From Peribolospora baueri (taxonomy: Eukaryota), in contig JAMDHS010000004.1 of assembly GCA_029717555.1 (NCBI GenBank), positions 310,001 through 374,000 on the forward strand: a DNA stretch of 64,000 bases. Direction: 5' to 3'. The notes beneath the pieces are model-generated. The model was given only the letters and a program-made list of their open reading frames with translations, had not been told where the DNA came from and searched no databases. Below, in pieces: positions 12,380 to 23,326 of this stretch (positions within the stretch are counted from its first letter, which is position 1; every line of letters starts with the position of its first letter). The translations under genes and the position numbers were made by a program.

Positions 12380-14089
12380 ATGGCTTCCCACACGCGCCGC
12401 CGCTCCGTACTTGCTCAAGCAAGGCTTTTCCTTGCCCTTGCTCTTCTTGCCGTTGTCCTCGGCAACTTTGTTACCGGCACACGCGCGTTTCCCGATTTCT
12501 TCAAGCGAGGTGGTGAGGGAGATGCCGCTAGCGCGATCGCCAAGGGCGGCGCTGAGTGCCCGCTCAAGGCCGCTGGATGTGAGCGACAACTGTGCCTTGG
12601 ACCTGAATATATGAGCTTGGGAAAGGGATATGAACCGTCTTGCATCTGTCCATTACCTTCTTTCCATTCCTCGCACACAGGCCCGTACTACTCCGCCGCC
12701 CTCTCCGCCTCCCCTCCGCTCTCCTCTCTCGACCTTTCCAAAGCCACCGACTGCCCTCTGGCCTCCAAGTGCCCCATCTTGCGCGCCAAGCAGTCCGAAG
12801 GCGGCAGCAAGGGGAAGGAAAACCTGAAGGAGTTTTTGAGCCACGTCGATCTCAAAGAGGCGTTGGAGAAGTGCCCTTATCTTACGGATGGCGGAGCGCT
12901 CCAGGGAGCGCACAAGGGGTGCCCGCTCAAGGAGGCGGGCTGTGAGTAGACTGGCTCGTATAATCCTTGTGTTTTAGGTGCATACCTGATCTTTTCGCTT
13001 TACACTCCCTGGCTCGTGTGCGTCATCGCTCGCAGGCCCGTACTACCAAGCCATCAAGTCCGGTGACCCTAGCAAGCTCAACTGGAGCCGAGCGACCGGT
13101 GAGGAAGGCCGCGCAGGTCACACCTTTTTTCATGATTCTCATCTATTATCATATATTAGCGAAGATGACCTGACGCCGCTTCATAATCACGTTTCCTGGA
13201 CAGAGTGCCCGCTTGCCTCGAAGTGCCCCGTTCTGCGCGCTAAGGCGGCCGAAGGAGGTGATGCCAAGGTTGCGGATTATATCTCTCACGAGGACGTCGC
13301 GCAACTCGCCGAGAAGTGCCCTTATCTCAGCTCGAAAGCGGCTGGAAAGGGTGGAGAGGAATGGCATGCGGGATGTGAGTGGGAGTCTGTTTTGTGGCAT
13401 GGAAGGCATTTCCGTCGTGAGAGCAGCAAGTTATAGCTCAAACATGTGTCCGTCTCTTTCAGGCCCCTATTACGATGCGATCGTCATGGGCGAGTCGCCT
13501 AGTAAGCTGGATTGGTCCCGCGCGGCCGAGTGCCCACTCGTTTCTGTGAGCATACGTTCCTGCTTTCCTTCATCGTTCAAGCCGCTAACGGCCCGCTCAA
13601 TCTCTTTCTCGTTCTCTGACTGACACTGTCCACTGTTCCTCTCCCATCTTCCTTCTCTTGCTCTGTCACGTCACGGGACAGAAATGTCCGGCGCTACAGA
13701 ACAAGGACTTCACCACCCTGACCCAATCTGACATCGAAGCTGCGGTGCGCAAGTGCCCTTACCTCGCGCACGCTCACCACCCAGGTCATTTCGCAGGTGG
13801 AAAGGATGTGCCACTGTTCAAGGACGAGCGCACGGCGGCGGCGGCCGCGAAGGCTGGCTGTCCTTTCTTCAAGGCCATGCGCGCTGACGAAGTGGACGGC
13901 AAGGTCGCCGAGAGCACTTCCTCCTGGGACCGGTTCCGCGCGCTCGTCCTGCCCTTCGAGCATGCCTCTCTCAACGCCGCCGGAGCTGGATTCTGGGTCC
14001 TCGTTGGCGCTTCGGCTGCTTTCATCTTGGCTCGGTTGACTGCTGGAGGCGGTAAGGCAGTGGAGAAGAAGAAGAAGAAGTCGGAGTGA
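12380..14089 (+). CDS. Unassigned Cys-Pro repeat protein with signal peptide, C-terminal TM helix and KKxx tail (6 exons, 394 aa)
   Basis: Exons 12380-12578, 12681-12941, 13036-13098, 13204-13374, 13463-13545 and 13682-14089 total 1185 nt in frame, all GT-AG. Hydrophobic N-terminus LFLALALLAVVLG; three repeats CPYY..SxLxxSxAxxCPLxSKCPxL..KCPYL; TM GFWVLVGASAAFILA; ends KKKKKSE. Confidence 0.85.
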
Positions 14090-14514
14090 GGTGATTTGTT
14101 CAGCTGGAACTATGATCAGGCTGTCTCGGTCCTTTGCCGGCCGTCTTGATCTCTGGAGGGGAGGCAGGTGTCTCTTGGCGCTCGGCAACGGACTGACTGG
14201 CTATTTCTCGCTACCGAGCGCCGAGATATTGCCTGACGTTTCTATCCTCTCCCGCTAGTGTCCGTCCTGTCCCTTTTCCTCTGATCCACTCAATCGTTGC
14301 ACATCCCAATCCCTCTCTCGCTCTCTTCTGACCGCAACCGTACGCTCTCCGGGGTTCCCCACCGGTTTGCCCTTTCCTTCCCCTCGCCACTCTGTATCGT
14401 ACGTGATGGATGAGATTCGTACGTGTACTATAACAGGTGCAATAACAGCTCGCCCGTCTGTTCCTCGATCCGACAATCTCTTCCTTCTCTTGCCTACCTG
14501 GTGGCCCGAACGCA

Positions 14515-14528
14515 GAGTTAGGGTTACG
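14515..14528. promoter_or_regulatory. Telobox-like element GAGTTAGGGTTACG upstream of MMM1
   Basis: Exact 14-bp reverse complement at 29194-29207; partial copies at 44567-44578 and 53483-53492. All four are intergenic and upstream of ATGs. Confidence 0.5.
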
Positions 14529-14655
14529 AGATCCGGGACGGATTCGTAATCGGCTTGCTTTCGCTCTGTACCCTACAGATACGTGATATACCCTTAAATC
14601 CTAAGAAGAGAAGGCGCCTGCCCGCCTCGCCTGTCTCTCAGCTTCGTCCTCCGCC

Positions 14656-16778
14656 ATGGCAGGGTCCGCTGCCCTGTACTACCCACAGCCAGCCTCCGAG
14701 GGTCCCACCGTGTCCTTCCTGGTTCGACAGACCTCAGGGTGGACGTTTACCCAAGGCCTGCTCGTGGGCCAAGCCTCCATAGTGCTCGTAGCGGTGCTCT
14801 TCCTTCGGTATGTCGTCTTCGAGAATGCTGAGGCTGCGTTGGAGAAAGACAGGATCAGGGTGAGCACGATACGTGTAGCATGGGGCTGGCCCTTCCGTGG
14901 TATGGAGGGGTGGGAACTTGCTCACGCCTGGCTGTCCCGAGGAGCTGGAAGTGCAGACGTTCACGATCTTCCTGCTCAACCTTTTCCCTTCAGCGATTGA
15001 AAGGTGTACAACGTCTTCGTCGACGGCACGCGCGCTCCTCCTCCGCCTCCAAAGGCTCGGCTGGAGCCGCCTCCCCAACCTCCACCCCAGCCTCCTCCCC
15101 CTACCCGCATATCCTTCAGAAGACCGGCTACGACATATCCGTTCACGCACCGGAACCTACCGATTGGCTCAATGTGCTGCTCGCTCAGGCCATCGTGGGC
15201 TATCGGGAAGACGTCTTGGCAGGTGGCGCGGATTTTGTTGCTGGAGACGGGGGAGTGGGAGAAGGGCTTGAGGGAGGTGCAGACGACGGCGTTGGGGAGG
15301 AGAAACCGAGAGGTGCGAAAGAGCTTATGGAAGAGGTGCTCAACCGGAAGACGGAGAAAGGCATAGATTTCCTGGTGAGTTCCTTTCCATGATGGACCGG
15401 TCGCTTGTCAAGCTGATAGGAGTTCTGACTCCTCGGGCGCATTGCATGGATCACGGCGGTGCTTGTTTCCTGTGTGCGCCTCCAGGATCGCATCACTGTC
15501 ACGGACGCTGATTTTGGGGACGAGTACCCCATCTTCTCTAACGCTCGGATACGGCCCGCAGATGACACCGGTCGCATGGTGAGAAAATCTTTCTTGCTTT
15601 TTCAAACGACAAAATTGGCAATTGTCCTCGTACAATGCAGCTACGACCCTTACCGGTTACTTGGCCACGATCTTCTTTTTGTTCCACATTTTAGCGAGTC
15701 GAGGTGGACATCGACTATAACGACAAGATTACCTTGGCCGTCGAGACGAAGCTGCTGATCAATTACCCCCGACCGCGCTTCGCTACGTTGCCTATCTCCC
15801 TGAGTTTGACGCTAGTTCGATTCTCCGGGACGGTCAGTGCTTTACGCCGGAATAAGGCTACGGTCCTTTTCAGGCTTTGTCAGCGAACTTGGATCTGATC
15901 TCTTTTCCTTGCCGTGCTCATTCTCACAGGTTGCTATCGAGCTCTTCTCCGACACGGTCTCCCCTCACGTCGATCCTTCTACGTTCTCCTCCCGCTCACG
16001 CCACCACATGCACTTCTCCCTCCACCCGGACTTTGCCCTGGACATCCACGCGAGCTCGTTGATCGGCTCGCGGGCCAAACTGCAGGACATCCCCAAGATC
16101 GAGCAACTGGTCGTGTCTCGCATTCGTGGATGGGTGATGGACAGGCTGGTCTGGCCTCGGTATTGGACCTTGGGATTGCCCAAGCTCGTGCCGAGCATGG
16201 CGGACGGGGAGAGGAGGGCTAGGGCGGAGAGGGAGATGGAGATTGGAATGGGTCCGGAAGAGGGCGAGGAGGAGGAACGTAGCGGCGCGGCGGGGACGCA
16301 GAGGCGCGGGTTTGTGCCAGGGGGCGAAGAGGAGGAGGTCGTTCGCCAGCGCCTCGCTCGCGCCGCCGCGGGTCTGGAGTCAACGGGACGGTTCGGAGGT
16401 CCGCCAGATCGATTGGACGGGTCGTCGGACCTGTCTTCCTCTTCCTCTGCACCGCTAGATCGTTCCTCGCCGCGGGACGTGGGCGGCCGAGAAAAGGAAG
16501 GGCTAGAAGCCCACCGCGACGCCGCCAACGCCGCTGGCGGTGGTGAAGAGGAGGATGCAGGTCCGCAGCTCCCAGGAAGCCTGGCTGGTGGCATTGAAGC
16601 GTGGAGCAGAAGCGTTGGTCGGGCCACCACTTCTTCGCGGCCCTATTCCCCTCCCTCTCCCGGCTCGATGGGCGGCGGCGGCGGTGGGGGCCGCAGTTCT
16701 GCCCCTCCTCCTGCCGCTGGGTTAAGACAGCGCGCTCTGCATGCGGGGGTACCGAGGGCGGCTTCTGCCGTGCGGTGA
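14656..16778 (+). CDS. MMM1: ERMES subunit Mmm1 (SMP domain)
   Basis: TM segment FTQGLLVGQASIVLVAVLFLRYVVF. SMP motifs EPTDWLNVLLAQAI, DFGDEYPIFSNARIRP, ETKLLINYPRPRFATLPISL and SLIGSRAKLQDIPKIEQL across about 5 exons. Confidence 0.93.
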
Positions 16779-17333
16779 GATGGCGAGATGAGATTGTCTC
16801 GCCGTTGACTTTAGAAAGAGAAGGAGCGGGGAGAGAGCGTATGTATTGGGAATCCTCGTGCGAAGCGACGGATACGCTGGTGATTGTCGGGGTCACGTCC
16901 ACCCGGGCGGAACGGGCTGTTCAATGCCGCTGGTGACAGGACGCTTGGACGAAATGAGGGTGGAGACGAGATGTCGCTCATGTACAGTAAGGGGATGGAG
17001 ATGGATGGAGGAGAAGGGGTACATAGAATGCACATCCTATGTCTGTCTGCGAGCAGTGATTACCGAAGGCGCCGTCGAGAGTCTCGTCCGGACGCGATGC
17101 GATCGGTCCTTGCCGATGTTCTCCGCGCCTCGATCACCATCATCATCATCGTCGTCGTCTCGCCGCCATCCGCGACGGCCTCGTCTCGTCGCTCCAGCTT
17201 CGACGGCTCTCCACTACCCTCCACCTACCCTCCTCTTTCGCCTTCTTGTCCATTGCGTTTTCTGCCCCCGTCTCTTCCTATTTTACCTTTTCCCTGTGCA
17301 GAAACCGGCACAAACGCGCCCGTCTCAGCCGTC

Positions 17334-20300
17334 ATGGGCGGCGGACAGGCGCTTGGCGACGACGACGGGGCGCCATCCGGCAAGGACGACTTTTCTCCCT
17401 CCACCGACTCAGAGCGAGGCTCGGCGCTGCCTCTCCACTCCAACGTCGATGTCCTTGTACCGTCGCCGTCTCTTCCGCCTACTCTCTCCCAGCACGAGTC
17501 GCCTTCATCGGCGGAGACCGTAGAGGCAGAAGAAAAGGGACGCAGCGATCGTTCTACTCAGCTGGCCAAGGTCCAAGACCCGGACAAGCTGGCCTACACA
17601 AAGTACCTCCAACGCCGTTTACCGGATGAGCGTCGGATAGTCCATCCAGACCCGCTCATCACTCCGCCTCCCCCCATCGACGATCCAGACCCTCCGCCCG
17701 TTGACATTCGCATCGACGACTCGTGGGTCACGCCTCCGGACGGACCTCCCCCACAGGCGTTTCCGCTGGATGACGACGTCATGACAGTGGACCCACCTGG
17801 ATGGGCCGACGGCCCTCCGATTGGTCCATCGTTTCCGGCGTCGCTCTCCGGTCCTGGCGACGCGGGCGAAGGGTACGTCCCGCCGGGCCTGCTTCCTTCC
17901 GCCTTGCTCCTCGCTTCCATGGTCCACGAAGTCGGGCACACGCTGTGGCAGGTCGACCTCGACGTAGAGCCAGCTTCCGTCCTCAACTCCTCACCGCCCT
18001 CCCAGCAGCCGGCGACCGCTTCAGAGGAGCAGACGACGGCAAGTTTGGCCGGCGGCGCCGAGGACTCTGACGGATATCACCCTCCCACCAAGGAGGAAAT
18101 TCTCGCCTCCAAACCTCATCCTCACGCCGCCTTCTGTACAGAATGCGTCGAATGGGTCGTCGTTCTCCCAGCCTGCGCCATGCTCCACGACGAGCCCCGC
18201 CCAGATCCGGAACAAGTCTGTGGGTCCCACACTGGGAACGAGGCACCGACAGGGGAGGGATCGCACGGGGTGGGCAGGTGGACGGGAAGAAAGGGTCCAA
18301 CACACCATTACCATACCCAACCTGTCGGCATTGAAGCCTCCAGGCTCAGGACACCTATCTCCCTTTCCGAGGAGTTCAACTTCGACATCGAGCAGCTCAC
18401 GACGCCAGCTCCTGAGGGGGACGCTCAGACTCCCCAAGGCGATCTCATCGATCTCAATACACCGCCTTCCCCTGTGGCTCCTGACCCCTCACAGCCTTCC
18501 CAAGCTGCCGTATCACAGCCGATGAACGCAGCCGCCGTATCCACCTCCGAGACCGAGTGCACCTCTTCCGCGACTTCGACGACTGTACAGCACCCCACTG
18601 CAACCACTACCGTGCCTTCCGAGGCCGCCGCAATCATAGCTGGAGCTGCGACCGCTCTTCCGCCTCCAGCTGCAGACGTCACCGACCAGAAGATAGAGTT
18701 CAACGGCCACCAGTGCTGCTGCTGTTCCTGGGCGCTGCTTAGCACCCCCGACGGGGCTCTTCCAGCCATTGTGCCTCGCAGACTGTGGCTTCTGTTCTCG
18801 AACGATCGGGAGAAGGATCCGGCGCCTGGACTTGAGCCTGCTCACGCTTGCCTCATGGCTTGGGGGATGATCCTCAAGTACGTGCATACCTTCCAACGGC
18901 CTCCCTCGCGCTCTCTTCTGTCCACCTCGCTGATCATCACAATCGCTTGTCTTGTCTCCTTGCTCAGGATCATCTCCAACTGCCTCTTCGCGGGCGAAGC
19001 TCGCACCATCCCTGTCTCCGGCAAGACTTTCTCGACCAAGGTCGGTTGGGACGATTTGAGGTGAGCGCCGCAGGAAGCCTTTCTTATATCCTTTCCTGTG
19101 TGCATGGTCCACTTGCGAGTGGTCATACTCGTCAGGCATGTCTTCTCATCATAAGTTTTTTTTTTTTTTTTTTTTTTTTTTTCCCTCGTCCGGCGTTGTG
19201 TCCCGTTTCATCACACCAACCCACTCCATTCCCATCAGCCGTCACATCTTCCGTCACCTCGGCTTCGCGACCACAATCGCCCCCGATGGAAGAGAAGTCC
19301 TCGTTCCTCCCGACGTCAAGACGCCTTGGCCTCCGGCGCAGCAAAATCGCAAAATGCTCTGTCGAGCTTGGCTGGAGATTGCCGCTTGGTACTCTGAGTA
19401 CAGATCGAAAGTTTGTGAGTGCCCTTGGATTCGATCTGAATTCGATATCCCCTTTTCCTTATGAAACCATTCTAGTGGTGACTTGATTTGAGCGACTGAC
19501 AACCCGCACGCAACGTCGGTTTTGCTTATCTTCAACAAGTCGCCGGAAAGGATATCTCACCGAATAAGAGACCTGAGGACTACCTCCAGCTTTACCCCGC
19601 GACGGACAGCTTACGAGACATGGCGGGCATTACCAGCTCACAGCGTGCGTAGTCTAAGGATACAATTCGTCACAATATGTTTTCGGGACGATACACCAAA
19701 TATGGCCTCTTCTCCTTCCTCTTGCCGTTTCTCTCAGTCACTCAGCGAGTCGGTGGCTCTCTAGACCGAGACTGGGCGCACACCGAAGCGTGCGAACATC
19801 TGGGTGCGACTTGGGACGTGTCTGATGAGCTGATATATTTTGCATATGTGAAACGGATGGAGGAGACCCGCTCGCGCCAGGAGGAGTGGGAGCTGTTTGG
19901 AGACCTCGAGGACGTCGTCACGTATAGAGGCGGTTCGGACCTTCGTGAGTCGCATCCGTTTCCAAGGAAGGCCGCTTGCCTAGTCCATTTTCTCATTTTC
20001 AGACTTGCTATTGGTGGGATGTCGGCTTACTGAATAGGGCGTGACTCTTCTTCAGAAATGTTCCTCGCATCTGAGCGCTCCCGGGGGCGGCTCTCCATCC
20101 ACGAGATCCGCTCCGCCTATGGCGCCCTCGGCTTTAATAACACACTGGGTATCGACTCTGACGACCACAGGGGGCGATTGCCCAACGACATCGTCCTCGA
20201 CTTTTACTGCAATGGCGCTCGCCAAGCGGCTAATCAAGGAAGGACGGAGGAGGTGCACAGGCTGCGGCGTGCCCTTGAACAGATCTCCCTCGCTCGCGGT

Positions 20301-22994
20301 CGGCCACCGGAGCTGGAGAAAGCCAAAGAAGCTCGGGTGCAGATGGAGCCTGAGAGGGCGTACCAGGCTCTCAGCGTGACGAGGGAGACGGACGACGCGA
20401 TGGTGGTGATGGTTTACCAAATTCATGTGGAGGACCAGCCCACTCAGGAGTCGATGATGAGGGAGGCACTGAGGGTGATTGCAGAAGAGAGGGACAGCGC
20501 CGTGCTCAGGCGATATCTCGACACTGGGCGCACTGGTAAGCATGCTTCTAGGGTTACTCGATGATATCCTCGATGCTCCCTCATCCTCCCAGTCTAATTC
20601 ATCCTCTTCGTCACCTCACCTCCTGATCGCAGAAGAGGACACCTGGCAGACCGGCCCCTCAGCCAGTCGTCCAGCTGGTCTGAATAACATCGGCAACACG
20701 TGCTACCTCAACTCGGTGCTGCAGTACTTCTTTACCATCCGCGAACTGCGCGAAGTCATCCTTCGCGCTGAGGAGGTGCTCGAGGACGAGCCGATGGAGG
20801 GCAAGGAGATCACCAAGAAGGTTGGCGGTCGTCTCGTCACGGCGCGAGAGGTCAGACGCTCTCGGAATTGTAAGTGTTTTGCGTTTCGAACGCTCTCTCA
20901 TTCCGATCACTGAAGTTCTTTTTTGTTCCAACCTTACTAGTCGTAAAGCTACTGGCCGAACTTTTCCTGCAACTCATTCACATGCCCGCTCCGGCCGTGA
21001 CGCCCGCGCGGGAGCTCGCCTATCTCGCGCTCGTCTCGTCCAAGACTGAAGAGGACGATGAGCTGGCGCAGAAAAAGGAAGGTGGTTCTCCCAAGATCAG
21101 AACCGCTCCGTCCACCAACAGCATCGGCACCAGCACTACGCTAGTGGAAGACCCGGGCACTTTGATGACTGTCGCATCCCCTGCATCTGAGACAGGGCGC
21201 GAAGCGCGTCCGCGGACGCTGTCCACCTCCAGCGTCACCGTCTTGGGCAAGCGATCAGCCAGCAAGTTCAGTGAGAGCGAAAAGTTGGACTTCTCGGGTA
21301 TTAAAATCGACTCGCCTACCCAGTCGTCCGAGCCGGTGGACAACGACTCTCCCAAGGAGAAGAAGGCAGCCGATGGACGGTCGCAGACAGGACCGGAGCT
21401 GAGCACCGGGACGCTGCCTACAATGGATGCCGGGCACGGTCAACATGCTGCCACCATGGACGTCCTTCCTTCCGCCGCTGCCGGCCCCAGCTCGTCTGCT
21501 TCGAAAGAGCCTGCCGTTGACACTCCATCCTACGAACCTTTCTCCAATCCCCGAGCGCCGCCATTACCACCTCGACCGCCGCATGGTGCCCCCATCAGCG
21601 CAGGCGTGAACGACGCCAAGAGTCGATCAGATTCTCTCATGAGCCTGGGTGCACAGCAAGACGTGAGCGAATGCCTGGACAATGTCGTCTTCCAGATCGA
21701 GGCTGCGCTTGACATTGAAAAGGTCAAGATGCACCTGGGGGAGGCGAATGCGAACGTCGTCCAGAGGTGAGCGAGGGGCCCTGCCTTCTTTTTGTTTTCC
21801 GCATCGGCGGGGATCACTGATGATGCGCGCATTCCTTCTGCCGACAGACTCTTCCACGGCCGCGTTTGCCAGCGATTAGAGGTCGACGCTTCGGAAGGGG
21901 CCAGGGCGGGAAAGAGCGTGCACCGGAAGGAGGAGATCTTCACCTCGCTCGTCGTCGTCGTCAACGACGGGTCGGGCCGAGATCTGCACGACGGCCTCGA
22001 CAGCTTCTTCGACGACTCGTACATCGAGACTACGGAGAAGGGCAAACACGTGCGGAGAGCGGTCACCCTCCTCAAGGCTCCGCCCGTGTTGCAGATCCAG
22101 CTGCAACGCGTTCAGTTCGATCGCTCGACTTCGCGGGCGTTCAAAAGCCAAGCGCACGTCACGTATCCGGAACAGCTCGCTCTCGACCGCTACTTCGATG
22201 TCGACCCAACTGATCCCGCAAATCAGCATCGGCTGTCGAAGAAGCGGGAGACGAAGAAGCTCATGGCGGAGATCGAGCAGTGTCGAGCACGGCTCGTCGA
22301 GCTCTCTCATGGCAAGGTCGGTATTATCTTTGTTATGCAGGCTGGCGCCAGCGGCCTCGGCGGACCTGAAGCTGATCAGAGCTGCATTTTTGGGCCCCTG
22401 ATAGACGTCCATATCTCAGCCGATCGAAGACGCGGTCACGCACCTTTCTGGCCTGCTTGCCGACTCGTCGGTTCCGGAGATCGGCCTCGATCCCGCTTTT
22501 CTCGCATCCGTGTCCGAGGAGGTCAAAGCGATTCGTGAAGATACGAAAGCGCTCGAAAAACGGATCGAGGATCTGAAGGCGGTGATCGAGGAGCTGTGGA
22601 AAGAAGACGAGCGAGACGTGTACGAGTTGGCCAGCGTGTTCATGCACCGAGGTGGGTCGCTTTCTGCACGTCCGAAAATGTCGTCAAGAACCGGTCCATG
22701 AGGGCTCATTCTTGCATTCCTCTTTCAGGCGAAGCCACCTTTGGTCACTACTATCTTATGCAGCGCAACCTGCCCGTTCCAGCATCCCCCTCCGACCCGA
22801 CCTGGTTCAAGTACAACGACTCGACTGTCGCCCCAGTCTCGCTCGGCGAGGTCCTACACGACTCCACCGGGGCGAATCCTTACCTGCTCGTCTACGTCCG
22901 ACGAGAGAACCAAATGGCGGCCCCGGGCAAGCCCATCGTCGAGACAGTTAAGCGAGACCTGTTAGAGGGCATGACGATTGAGCCGTTGGTATAG
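17334..22994 (+). CDS. UBP2: USP-family ubiquitin C-terminal hydrolase, Ubp2-like
   Basis: Cys box PAGLNNIGNTCYLNSVLQYFF, QQDVSECLDN, PPVLQIQLQRVQFDR, His box ASVFMHRG|EATFGHYY...WFKYNDS. Long N-terminus; many introns; start approximate. Confidence 0.85.
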
Positions 22995-23326
22995 GCCGTC
23001 CACGCGTCGAGGGCTTCGTATGCATCAACAGACTAGAATCGTGATTGCCCCTCGCTCCCAGCCTTTATTCCAGTCCGCTGATTATTCGACGGGGGCAGCC
23101 ACCGCCTCCGTCCGTTGATGTACGAAGCCCAGTTCGATCAATGAAATGCAGGGATGAGATACAAGAAAAGAGCAGCAATACAGGCTTCGAAGCAAGTAGG
23201 GTATGCGACAGTCACGGACGGGTACTGAAGCGAAACGAGGCAGCGATCAGGGTAAGGAAAGAGCCCAGAAAGCAACTCGAAAGGTTTTGCATGAGCGAGC
23301 AACTGGAATGGCTCGGTGGACTGGGC

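Noticed and set aside
16884..17333. N-terminal extension of the 726-aa ORF
   Set aside because: Starts at a non-ATG codon and crosses pyrimidine-rich promoter/UTR-like sequence just after the MMM1 stop. The true Ubp2 start is probably further downstream.
19156..19182. Poly-T tract as a retroposon tail
   Set aside because: Lies inside a Ubp2 intron as part of the pyrimidine tract; no target-site duplication or element body seen.
14656..22994. MMM1-UBP2 adjacency as a functional mitochondrial module
   Set aside because: Both relate to mitochondrial dynamics in yeast, but neighbouring housekeeping genes in a compact genome are no evidence of linkage.
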